A stretch of 63,288 nucleotides of DNA, filler included, from Octopus bimaculoides (lineage: Eukaryota): assembly GCF_001194135.2 (NCBI RefSeq). It is 5 parts of 4 records of this genome, joined end to end, with 100 filler letters (N's around TTAATTAATTAA, not from the genome) between each part and the next. Parts side by side here need not be neighbours in the genome. Positions count along the whole stretch, not along the records: positions 1 to 26,244 come from NC_068987.1; 4 more parts are not named here. One strand, 5' to 3'. Made by a program: the position numbers and the translations under genes. Below the pieces are notes generated by a model. It was given only the letters and a program-made list of their open reading frames with translations, was not told where the DNA came from and searched no databases. Positions 1-12,200 of this stretch are shown here, piece after piece; within the stretch, counting starts at the first letter, position 1; the number at the start of each line of letters is the position of its first letter.

Positions 1-4
1 CATA

Positions 5-48
<44 letters not shown>

Positions 49-52
49 TTCT

Positions 53-895
53 TTTAGTCGTTTCAGCCATGAGGAGCACCACCGTGGTCTTTCTGATTTC
101 TTCAGTCAGGAACGTTTCACATCACCACTTCTGTATGTGCCTTTCTCCCAGTTCTTGGTCCATTTTGTGTATAAGGGAGTTTGGTTCCATTGCCCTCACC
201 TGTACCTCATGTCGAGCTGTTGGTTCATCCGATATTGTGGAGAGGAGGATATCTAGTTCCTTTTTGAAGACATCTACTTCCACCATAAGCAGATTTCTTA
301 ATTTTTGTGGAAGGGCAGTAAGTAGTTGTGTGCCTTTGAACTGTTGCAGTACCTCGTCCTGAATTTACATGGACTGGATGGTACTATACAATGGCGGCTA
401 TACCGAAATTAGGTACTGGCCCTTCTAGCGTTTTCCATATGTAGATTATTACATATCTGCCGCACCTTTGCTCCAGGGAGTAAAACTACAATTTTCTCAG
501 TCTACCCCTGTAGCTCATCCGCTGCACAGTTTCAATCATTTTAGTGTAGTGGCGTTGGACTGCTTCAAACTCTGCTGTTAGTTTGGCACTATGTGGTGGC
601 CATAACTGGGAGAAGTAGTCGAAGCGACTGAGAACAAAGGTTCTCTATAAGGTCAACAAATTTTCTTGGTCTCTTGTCTTGAAGAACCTCAGTATCCATC
701 CTGCCAGTTGTCTGTACTTTGCTGCCATGTTGGTAATGTGCATATAAATTGATGTGCCAGTGCACATACTGATCCCCAACTCTTTCACTGCCTGTGACTC
801 TGGGATTGTAGTACCTTCGGGTCCTGTATAAGCAGGTTGTAGAGCATTCGTGAGCTGATAGTGCAGTGCTTGAAAAGGGAGAGTGGGGGGGAGCA
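53..895 (-). mobile_element. CR1/L2-clade LINE 3' fragment (RT C-terminus, decayed)
   Basis: Minus-strand frame gives ...FVLSRFDYFSQLWPP...EFEAVQRHYTKMIE...SYRGRLRKL*FYSLEQR...YIWKTLEG.VPNF, the typical post-RT motif series of CR1/L2-type LINEs; ends at a (TA)n tail. Confidence 0.7.
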
Positions 896-1324
896 GATAC
901 GAGAAGTGATGTGAGAGAATAGATGTTTATTTCATACGTTTGCAGCTGTTTCATAATCTTGCTAGTTATATGATAGATGCAACCACTATTAACGCACAAA
1001 AAATATATATACAGATACACATGTGTATGTGTACGTACGCACGCATATATCCACAAATGTATACACACTCACACACATACATATATACTTACACATATAT
1101 ACATATGTGTGTATACACATGTACATACATATATGCACATATGTATGTATACACATACATATGGGAACATAAACAAACCAACACCAGTCAAGTGGTGTGC
1201 CGGGGACAGACACAAACACACCTGTATTACATATATATATATTATAAAGGTCAGGAGGTAATCCATCTCTTCTAGTACTCGTTTATATATACGACCATGA
1301 TACTCTCGCAGAATGTGACCAAGC

Positions 1325-2495
1325 ATAGTACCCCTTTGTGGTTCATATACTCCTTCCATCGATATTGCAGTGCTTACATTCCATTGGTGAAGAAGCTTTT
1401 ATCCTGTAGGTCAAAAAAGTCATCAACAGCGGATATGACGTCATCATCACTGTGATACTGGTTACCAGCCAAGTGCTTTTTTCATGTTGGGGGAACAGAT
1501 GATAGTCAGTTTCAAGAGAATAAGGAGGGTGATCAACCAGTTCAAAGCCACAGTCATGCACAGCAACCATTGAAATGAAGGAGTTATGTGCTGATTCCTG
1601 ATGAAACAAGACCCCTTTCTTCCGTTTTCTTGGGCGCTTGGTCTTGATAGCCTTTAGTGACTGCCTCAGCAAGATGGCATAGTACTCTCCATTGATGGTG
1701 TGGCCCTTTTGAAGATAATAAGCATATTGCCTTTTGCAACCCCCAAAACTGAGGTCATCTCCTTCTCTGCAAATAAAATCACCTTAGCCTTCTTTGGAGC
1801 AGGTGAGGAGGAGTGTTTCCACTGCATGGATTGTCTCTTTTTCTCTGATTCAAAGTGATGAACCCAGAACTCATCCTGGGTTCAAGGAAAGCAATTGGAT
1901 CTGCCTCAAACAATGTCACATATTCCTGTGATGTGATCAACTCGGTATGCTTTTCGAACGGGAGTCAGAAGATGCGACTTCTTGCCGAACAGAAACTTTC
2001 GTCATGCCAAGTTCATTATGCAAAATATTCTCAACTCTCTCACGGGATATGCTAATCGCATTGGTTATTTGATTTGTAGTCAATCGCTTGTCATCCATCA
2101 CCATGTGGTGAACATGATCAATGTTTTCATCGGTTGTGGTTATTGCAGCACGTCTAGGTGTTGGGTCATCTTCAAGACTTTCTTTTCCCCTCCTAAATTC
2201 AGTTGTCCACTTTTGCTGTAGCGTCATCCCCTAATGTATCAAGCATATCAACTTGAATGTCCTAGGAGGTTAAACCCTTTCTCTGCAGGTACTTAATAAC
2301 ACCACGATGCCAAATTCTGACCATTTTCAAAAGAAGTCGCTACTAGTTACTTTTGAAGTCTTCTTTGAACAGTCAGATGTCAGTCTAGCTGGAAAGAAGA
2401 TATGCAATTATTAATAATAAGAGTTGAAATTAATGTTTGCAAGATTCCACATCTCTCTTTCACAGTCAGCCTATGAAATGTTCAGTCCACCCTCG
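1325..2495 (-). mobile_element. mariner transposon relic (DD34D type), frameshifted
   Basis: EFRRGKESLEDDP...TTDENIDHVHHMV, LFHQ..A.., VDHPPYS..DYHLFP motifs; terminus TA-CGAGGG at 2497..2490. Confidence 0.85.
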
Positions 2496-2778
2496 TATAT
2501 ATATTTGAAAAATATAAGATCATGACAAGCCATATAATCAGGATAACAATAGCTGTTTTCCTTTTATTGTTCCACTTAAATATTCATCCAGAACTAATAT
2601 TGTTTTGTCGGTATAAATAGAGCTGTTTGAAGTGTTGAAATTAATGAATGCAATATTTCACAGCTCTAGCAGTACTTCTTTCTAATCAACCTATGAACTT
2701 TTCAGTTCTCCCTTGCGTACACAAACACGCACATACATACACACGAGTGGGCTGAAAAATTCATATGCTGAGTATGAA

Positions 2779-2830
<52 letters not shown>

Positions 2831-3202
2831 TCTTTTACTAGTTTCAGTCATTTGACTGCGGCCATGCTGGAGCACCGCCTTTAGTCGAGCAAATCGACCC
2901 CAGAACTTATTCTTTGTAAGCCTAGTACTTATTCTATCGGTCTCTTTGTGCCGAACCGCTAAGTTACGGGGACGTAAACACGCCAGCATAGGTTGTCAAA
3001 CGATGGTGGGGTGACAAACATAGACACATATACATACATATATACGATGGGCTTCTTTCAGTTTCCGTCTACCAAATCCACTCACAAGGCTTTGGTCGGC
3101 CCGAGGCTATAGTAGAAGACACTTGCCCAAGGTGACACGCAGTGGGAATGAACCCGGAACCATGTGGTTGGTAAGCAAGCTACTTACCACGCAGCCACTC
3201 CT
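2831..3202 (-). mobile_element. tRNA-derived SINE (family A), full length
   Basis: tRNA-like head with A/B-box-like GTGGCTGCGTGG...GGTTC; tail GGCGGTGCTCCAGCATGGCCGCAGTCAAATGACTGAAAC; many copies in the window. Confidence 0.85.
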
Positions 3203-3719
3203 ATATATATATGCCTCAGGAGCTTAAGAAGACACTTCTCCAAGGTATCACGCAGCGGAATTGAATCCGAAACCAGGTTATTGGTAACCAAAGTTCTTAC
3301 CTCCCAGCCATGCCTGCGTGCATATCTAATTATGTAGGACGGCCGAACAACGTTATGTTGTACTTATTTACATCCCTTAAAGTTAAAGCCGAATTTCGTT
3401 TCATCCCGTATAAAATCAATATGTACGAGACACAATTTCGGAATCAACAAAACCAACTATACTAGTGTTTTGAATGGTTCAGTGATTTATGCATGAAGCA
3501 GAACAGCATATCACTAGTGCAGATACTCGAATAATCAGGTTCCATCATGGATATCTATACTGATCTTATTGGAAAAGAAACGAATATGTAAAACAAACGA
3601 AACACCGCTGGAATGAATATTTGCAAATAAAATATATAAAAACTTAGATTAAAGGAAACCTAATCCGTTAGTATGATTATATTTGCAGTATTATTTTCTA
3701 GTAATCTAAATGTCAATGA

Positions 3720-3905
3720 GCCAGCAGGACCGTCAGCACGATAGACAAAATGCTTAGCGGCATTTTCTCCGGCTATTCACGATCCGAGTCCAACTTTGCC
3801 TTTCAGGAGGTCAATAAAACAAGTGCCATCTGAGCGCTGGAGTCTATGTAATCGACTAACCCTTCCCCTAACATTGCTGGCCTTGTACCAAAATTTAAAA
3901 CCATT
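3720..3905 (+). mobile_element. SINE (family B)
   Basis: Shares AATGCTTAGC...GTAATCGACT...GGCCTTGTGCCAAAATTTGAAACC with copies at about 24300, 37050 and 43030. Confidence 0.7.
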
Positions 3906-6227
3906 ATTTTCTGGCAATTTATATTAAATGAAAAGCAGTAAGGGCGTTATAAAAGGCTGTTATAGTTTAGAAATCGCTGGAGATATTGCTAATAATGAGA
4001 ATCCACATATTGCTTTTATATTCTAACGATTAAACTTATTTGGAGAAAAGGAAATCAAATTTTCTACTGAGATACAGATTTTGAAATGTATTTCAAAATA
4101 TTTTTTAAATGAGATTTCTTATAGAAGGGACATTACTCCAGCCTACGCGTAAATATTCCATTAGTCTACCTACTAAATACGAGAAAAATGCGGCAAACAT
4201 TTTTTAATAGTCACAAAGAACCCATTACCTACCAGTGATCTCGTATGAGATCACTTAAAAATTACAAATTTCGTAATTATCTGTCAATATTTACACATAT
4301 CTAACCTTTTTGCTATATCTACAAGGTATATTTCTCTGATATTCAAAAGAGGTTTGCTAATTTTTCACCCAATATCTCGCTTATTTCTATTTAAAATGTT
4401 ATTTTGATCATTCCAGCGTGTTTCTAAGGCTGTTTTATGCCAAGAATCAGAGTTTCATTTAAAAAATTCCAGTTAATAGAATTATGGGAGGTAATGGGTT
4501 AAGTGTGATGGTACATGTGTTTTCAAGCTAAATTTGACGATTTCTGTTTTGGAGAACATGAAGATTTAAAGCTGTAGTTGCGCCGGGTATCAAAATGACT
4601 ACTACTGTCCAACATTCTGTGAGCAGTGTAAAAGTTTAAGACGTGACATGAACAGTTGCAGCAGAGACTACGAAGCCGTGGAAAGGTGTTCTGAGCGTTC
4701 ACACACCGAAATTCTTCCAACTGCTGTCTGCAACACCAAGGCCAAACAGGTGGCTAAGATTAGTGACTCCCGGGTCACAATGGTAAAGGCATGTGACAGA
4801 TTCTAGTGCCTTCAGGTCGTCGTGGAAGCTGAGGACGGCTACTTTTAGTCAACTTATCTCTCACCCGTAACCAAGTTGATATTTTACGGTTTCTTAAAAT
4901 AGTTATTGGATGGGATAGTTTTCTTTCCTTTTTGTGCAAACTGTCAAATTTAGCCCTTAACTCAGCACATCCTGTTATTCCAGTTGTAACCCAAAACTTT
5001 CATCCGATGATAGTGTTCTAAACCTAAGAAACAGAGTTCAGGCTTATATCTTGCTCCCAAATGTATTGAATGCTTTCTTTCACTAGTTTCAGCTGTAAGC
5101 CAGTAGGGTATCATCAAAAGGTTGAGCGCATTGTCCCTCCATCCTATCTGGTACATTAAATAACAGGAAAAAACATGTATAAAGCCAGCTTTTAGGTCAC
5201 AAGAAAGAGGTACGCAAACATGATAGGCTTCATAGATTCATGCTAAACAGAGTTCTTAATAGAAATATCGTTTTCAAACCTGTTGGGTCTAATCCTACTC
5301 GAAATACCTTGGCTGTAAAACTAAACTGTCATCTACATGTGGTCGCCTGGATCTGATGGGTAAGTGGACCATCTTGCCTCAATGTCTGCTTTCGCATTGT
5401 TTCGATTGTTGGATACCTTTCCTAATGCAAACTACTTTCCAGTGTACTTGGCGCTTTCTTTCATGGCACCAGCACAACTAGGGTCGCCAAGCAACTCACA
5501 AAACTCAGATGGAGGGTGCAAGATTTGTGGAGATACTAAGAGTGGTTGGGAGTAATCAGAATGAGGCCGGGAAACGCTAACGGCACTAGAGAGCTGTCAG
5601 GATAGGCCTTAAGAAAGAATGGGTAGAGATGAACACATTGAATGTTGAATAAGGACTGAGGAGTGGTGTCAAGTGATTTGAACAGAAGGTAAAAGAGTAG
5701 ATAACCAAAGATTAGGTAAGGTTGCAGGGAAAATGCAGTAAAGGGACATGGATAATGAACATTACATTGCTGAGATTAATAACTTTAAGTTAAAGGCTAG
5801 CCTTCAGTTTATGGCCAATTACATTCAGACAAATGTCTTTCACAAGATATTGTTGAAAGGACACTTCTGTACTCATTTTTTATACTATCATCTATTCGCT
5901 TCACCAACAAGACAGATAATTATATTGATTTAGAGGTGATAGAATGAATAGAAATTGTTAAATTTTATATAATGTTTTCGCTCAACATTGCTCCATTTTG
6001 ATCATTCAATTACACATTTTAAACATTCAGAAACTTGAAAATACCAAATATTCTTCCATTATTGTGAAAGAAAAGGACCTCTTGCAGCGTACAAGGTATA
6101 TAACTCAAGTGAACAGCACAAGATATTTTGATCATACAATACCACAAAAAAAAGTCTGAACAGTAATGTATTGTGAACAATGGTTAATAAATACAACGCA
6201 AAAGAAAATATAAAATTCAGTAAATTA

Positions 6228-6233
6228 TTTATT
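6228..6233 (-). other. Probable RPS10 polyadenylation signal AATAAA
   Basis: 11 nt after the stop codon, followed by T/GT-rich sequence on the minus strand. Confidence 0.5.
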
Positions 6234-6244
6234 TCCAAAATCCA

Positions 6245-6277
6245 TTACTCTACATTCCCTCGGCCAAAACCAGCTCT
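6245..6277 (-). CDS. RPS10: RPS10 last coding exon ([10 protein letters not shown])
   Basis: Matches the RGGFGRG C-terminus; acceptor ttatctttcag; TAA stop; AATAAA at 6233..6228. Confidence 0.9.
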   Translation of the reverse strand, partial: RAGFGRGNVE

Positions 6278-9200
6278 CTGAAAGATAACAAAAATTAAAG
6301 AACTGATTAGAAATTGTGTATATGATTGAAAAACTATAAACAGGTTACAATTTACGTAATTATTTCTTTTAATGATAAAATCAAGATGTTTGCATAAAGC
6401 AAAGAATGAACTGAATAGACTAAAGGTGAGACAGTTTCAATTAAGATAATTGAATTTCATTTCAAGCTCAATCTTTTTCTTTGTTTTCCTATTTTTATTT
6501 TTGATTTCTATTTACGAAAGCATGTTTCATTTTAAATTTCGAACAGGGAAATTATCAATGATATATGATATTGGTGGTGAGAATTCTTGTGACAGAAGCA
6601 GTAACTGCTTGTTTTGATATTCAAAACGTAACAGACAGTTCCTTGTCAATTTTCATATTATACAGCAGATTATAATTAGAATAAGTAATTAGAAGTGTCT
6701 GGCGTAAACAGTAGGATAGTTTAGCCAGACATACAATAGTTTCATTTAATTGTCTATGTACAATGTTGCTACTGACAGCAGAAATGTATAAAATTTGAGG
6801 AAGTCAACAAGCTTTTTCTGGTAATTCAGAGACATTAACTATTCCATTTCTGTTCAAAATAACTACAGCCTTTATTCATAGGTTATATATTTTAGGGAAA
6901 AAGCCAATTTTTATAAAAAAATAAACAGCAAAGCAAGAAACAATAACAAACAAGGTGTCTTTTCTACAGTATAGGACAGACATGACTAATTTAAAAGCTT
7001 GTTTTGCAACCACATGTTCTCCAGTTCAGTACCACTGCACAGCTTTTAATTCATAAATTTAACATTTTACTTATAAATCTTTCAGCATATCTGTTTCCAA
7101 GATTAATACTGAAAACTATGGACTATTAAATACACAAAATATCGATCAAAATGTATGCAAAAAAAAAAAAAAAAAAAAGTGGAAGTTAAACAATGATGCT
7201 AGCAATAAGTGATTGCTCAAGATACTCACATATTGAATGTCTCTTAAGCTGCCTGGACCAGCATCAGTCTTTTTATCACCACCCATACCTGTAAACAATG
7301 CAAAAGTAATAACAATGTCACCATTCTAAATATGCCAAAATTGAGAAATTACTCATTTCAAATTTCAATCACTTATTTTAATAAGAGAATTGAACTAACT
7401 TTTTAGTATTAGAAAATAGAGTTATATAAATATTATGAAGTGTAGTTTAACCCTTTTGTTACTATATTTCTGACCAAAATACACCCCTCATGAGTTTCAA
7501 TTAAATTCTAAAATAATCATGAATTTAGACTAGTCTCATTAAACACCTGTAACTTTTTTATTTATCAACATATTAACCCTTTCGTTACCAAACCACCCAA
7601 AGCCGCCTGAAAAAAATTTTGGTTCATGCGCCCAAAACCGCCTATATCACCTATTCATATTTAAATGAGAATATCCAAGCAAATCTCGTTAGTACATTTG
7701 TGATAACACATGATTATTTGTGTAAACAGTTCAGCTATAGTTTTGTACGACGATCAACTTTTTTTAATTTTGTGAATTTTGGGAGATTTTTTTCTAAATT
7801 TGTTCCTGTTGTGTTTCCAAAATTTGTAATCCTGACAAAAAAATGGATACAAATTTTATTCTGACAAGCAGCGAGTCAGAATTCGAAGGATTTTCCACTG
7901 AAGACCTTGATAAATCTAACTTTGTAACCGAAAAAAAAAAAGCACGTGGTATTTGAGAATAAATCTGAGGTTTCATTTTCCGAAAATGAAAGCAGTGAAT
8001 CTGAGAGCACCGATGATAGTGATAAAGAGAATGAATTAGTACCTGAATGGAGTGAAAATTTAAAAACTCCTCCTTTCAGTGAATTTTCTGAAGAAACTGG
8101 ACCAAGTCACAGTCTTACCCAGGAGAGTAAAGCTTTAGACTATTTCTTTTTGCTTTTTCCGATGTACCTATTTGAATTGATTACGGCGGAAACAAACTGT
8201 TACGCTGAATGTAAACAAANNNNNNNNNNNNNNNNNNNNNNNNNNNNNNNNNNNNNNNNNNNNNNNNNNNNNNNNNNNNNNNNNNNNNNNNNNNNNNNNN
8301 NNNNNNNNNNNNNNNNNNNNNNNNNNNNNNNNNNNNNNNNNNNNNNNNNNNNNNNNNNNNNNNNNNNNNNNNNNNNNNNNNNNNNNNNNNNNNNNNNNNN
8401 NNNNNNNNNNNNNNNNNNNNNNNNNNNNNNNNNNNNNNNNNNNNNNNNNNNNNNNNNNNNNNNNNNNNNNNNNNNNNNNNNNNNNNNNNNNNNNNNNNNN
8501 NNNNNNNNNNNNNNNNNNNNNNNNNNNNNNNNNNNNNNNNNNNNNNNNNNNNNNNNNNNNNNNNNNNNNNNNNNNNNNNNNNNNNNNNNNNNNNNNNNNN
8601 NNNNNNNNNNNNNNNNNNNNNNNNNNNNNNNNNNNNNNNNNNNNNNNNNNNNNNNNNNNNNNNNNNNNNNNNNNNNNNNNNNNNNNNNNNNNNNNNNNNN
8701 NNNNNNNNNNNNNNNNNNNNNNNNNNNNNNNNNNNNNNNNNNNNNNNNNNNTGTGGTTTCCCACAAACTTGAATGAAATTAAAGCATATTTTGCCATAAA
8801 TATTATTATGGGCATTAGAAAGTTACCTAGAATAACAAATTACTGGAGTAGTGATGAACCCTTTGGAGACGAATATGTCTCAAGTATAATGACGAGGATA
8901 CTGTTTTTAAAATTGACACAATATCTACATGTAAGAGACACGAGCAGTACACCAGTACGTGGATAACCAGACTTTGATCCCNNNNNNNNNNAAAAGTTAG
9001 AGTTGTTTAATGAAACCAGACTAAATTTATGATTATGTTAGAAATTAATTGAAATATGGTAACGAAAGGGTTAATGTGATATTTGGAACATAATTAAAGA
9101 AAGGGTTCTTAATCAATTCTATTGCATAATTTTTGTCTCAAAGTTCTCCACGTACTGGGGTACTGCTAGTGTCTCTCACATGTAAATATTGGTTCAGCTT

Positions 9201-12200
9201 CACGAATCGTACTCGTTCATAATACTGGAAATATATTCATCACCAAAAGGTTCCTGATCGCTCCAGTAATTTGTTATTCTGGGTAACTGTCTAATACCCA
9301 TAATAATATTCATGGCAAAAATGCCCGTATTTCATCTAGTTTCAGGAAACCGCAAGCTATCTTTTTTTTCTGGCTTGTTTACATTCTGCTTAACGGTTTG
9401 TTTCCGCAGTAATCATTTCAAACAAGCATGAAAAAGAGGTCTAAAGGTTTCGCTTCCTGAGAAAGACTATGGGTAGACCCTGTCTCCTCAGAAAAATTGT
9501 TAATAAAAATATTTTTGAAATCTTTACTCCATTCTGGTGTAAAATCATCCTCGCTGTCGCCATCGCTGAATTCGGAATCGCTGCTTTCAGTTTCGGATAC
9601 AGAAATATCCAATTTATTATCGTTCACCACATGCTTTTGTAGCTCATTCATTCTTTTCTTCGATATCTCCATATCTTCTGTTGAAAAACCTTTAAATTCG
9701 GAATCACTGCTTGATAGCATGAAACTCCTCTCCATCTTCAAAGTTGAAAAAAATTAACGCCACAAAAAATGTGGAAAAAAATCTTCCAAAATTCACTGAG
9801 TTCAAATATCACGCCAAACAATGTCGGATACAATAACTCAACTGTTTGCAAAGTGAAATCAGGTGTTTTAACGAATGTACTAACGAGATTTGGGTTAAAT
9901 ATACATTTAAATAACAATGGGTACGCTTGGCCGGCCACGGCCAGTTTAGTCTTATGAACCAAAAAATTTTTCGGCCGGCTACGGCTGGGTTAAGTAATAC
10001 AAAAACCCACAATTCAAAGATTATGTTGCTCAGAATAAAGCAGAATCCAAATCCATGATAAAGAGTTAACCACATGTTAAGCTCTTACACTCAAAGATTT
10101 GACAACCCACATCTCTGGTTGCTTTCAGGACCCCTGCGCTTATCATCATAGCAAAACAGCTTTAAATCACAATTGCATATCAAGGAATTACAATTCTCTT
10201 TTGTAAAGCTAATTACCTTCATGGTGATAGGTTTCAAATGATTACTTATAGAATGTAACCTAGCTTATATGAATTATAATTATAAATATACAGGAGGAAA
10301 TAAGCAACATTAATCAATAACTGATATGATTTCCATTATACTGACAAGAACAGAAAGAACTAAAAACAAGTTTTGGTCTTGAGCCTTCGTTATATTTGCC
10401 TATCTCCCAATCGAAAACCAATTCCCCATATCAATTATTGTTACATTACTAAATACACCACTTACCAGCAGGTGCTCTCCTGTATTCACGGTCAGATGGA
10501 GGGCCACCACGGGACAATTCAGGTGCTAAAAAAATAAATAGAAAACAAATTTAAGAAAATATTTTAAATATGCATCATTAGAAAATGCATTTCTAATTTT
10601 TTCAATGTGCCATCAAAACAGATTGTGAACATAAAAAAAAAAAAAAAAACTGGCCCTTGCTTTTCTCCTCACTGTTTCATTACTATATTGCTTATCGAAA
10701 TGCACCCCTAGCATCATCATCATCATCATTTAACGTCCGCCTTCCATGCTAGCATGGGTTAGACGATTTGACTGAGGACTGATGAACCAGGTGGCTACAC
10801 CAGGCTCCAATCTGATCTGGCAGAGTTTCTACAGCTGGATGCCCTTCCTAACGCCAACCACTCCAAGAGTGTAGTGGGTGCTTTTACGTGCCACCTGCAC
10901 AGAAGCCAGTCCAGCGGGTGTCACTGGCACAAGTGCCNNNNNNNNNNNNNNNNNNNNNNNNNNNNNNNNNNNNNNNNNNNNNNNNNNNNNNNNNNNNNNN
11001 NNNNNNNNNNNNNNNNNNNNNNNNNNNNNNNNNNNNNNNNNNNNNNNNNNNNNNNNNNNNNNNNNNNNNNNNNNNNNNNNNNNNNNNNNNNNNNNNNNNN
11101 NNNNNNNNNNNNNNNNNNNNNNNNNNNNNNNNNNNNNNNNNNNNNNNNNNNNNNNNNNNNNNNNNNNNNNNATATATATATATATAAGTGGCAAGAAACA
11201 GAGGAGATACTGAAGTGAATATCATAATTTTGATAAAAACATTTACCTATCAACATAATGTTAGTTTTGGAACACGATTTAACAAAAGGTTCTTAAATTT
11301 ATTTTACAATTTTTTTTGTCTAAAGCCTAATCTACATACAGGTAATAAATTCAAAATATAAAATTATTTTGACACATCTGTCGAAAATGAATTATTAACT
11401 AAATATTCAATGACTATTGAACAAAATTTTAATACAGAAGAATTGTGCAAATTACTGCATTATCTATCAACATCATAAAACCATAAAGGTAAAACAATGA
11501 AATACTGGAATTTGTCTTTGAAGAAAACTAGGAAATAAAAACTGGATGAAATTCCAAGACATTCCAAATCAAGGCATTTTTTTTTCTTCAAATTCAACCG
11601 AATAATTTAATTTTCAAGAATTTGATAAACTTTAAATTTCAAATCCTAAAAATTTATCATTTTAGACCGATGGTATACTTGCATCTGTGAACATGTGTGA
11701 TTGGATATAGGACTAAAGACTAAACATGTAATTCAGTAAACTATGGAGGTAGTTTTATATAATCTTATATACTATACAGTGAATTTAAAGGCAGTTTTAA
11801 TAATTTCATAAACATTTGGGTGAAGGTGTGGTTGTATGATGAAGAACTTGCTTCCTAACCACAAAGTTCTGGCATGGCATCTCGAGTGTCTTTTACAGCC
11901 CAGGGGTGAACTTAAGCCCTGTACGTGGATTTGATGGATGGAAACTGAAAGACGTCCATTGTTCTATATACGTATGTATATACCTGTGTCTGTGTTCTCC
12001 CCGCATCACCACTCTGTCCCCATAAGTTAGCAGTTTGGTAAGTGACTGACAGAGTAAGTACCAGGCTTTAAAACATAAGCAATTCATTTGATTAACCCTT
12101 TAGCATTTAAACCGGCCATATCTGGCCAAAATATTCTACCTGTTTTTTGTTCAAACTGGCCAGATGTGGCGCCTCACACCTATCCTACAATATCATTTTA

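Noticed and set aside
3120-3202. tRNA-like sequences with A/B boxes (here and at other SINE heads)
   Set aside because: They are contiguous with SINE bodies and form no full cloverleaf, so they are not tRNA genes.
4962-5117. Minus-strand TTGATGA...CTGA pair with internal CTGA motifs
   Set aside because: Imperfect box C, no canonical terminal stem, no target recognised, and it lies outside the RPS10 introns.
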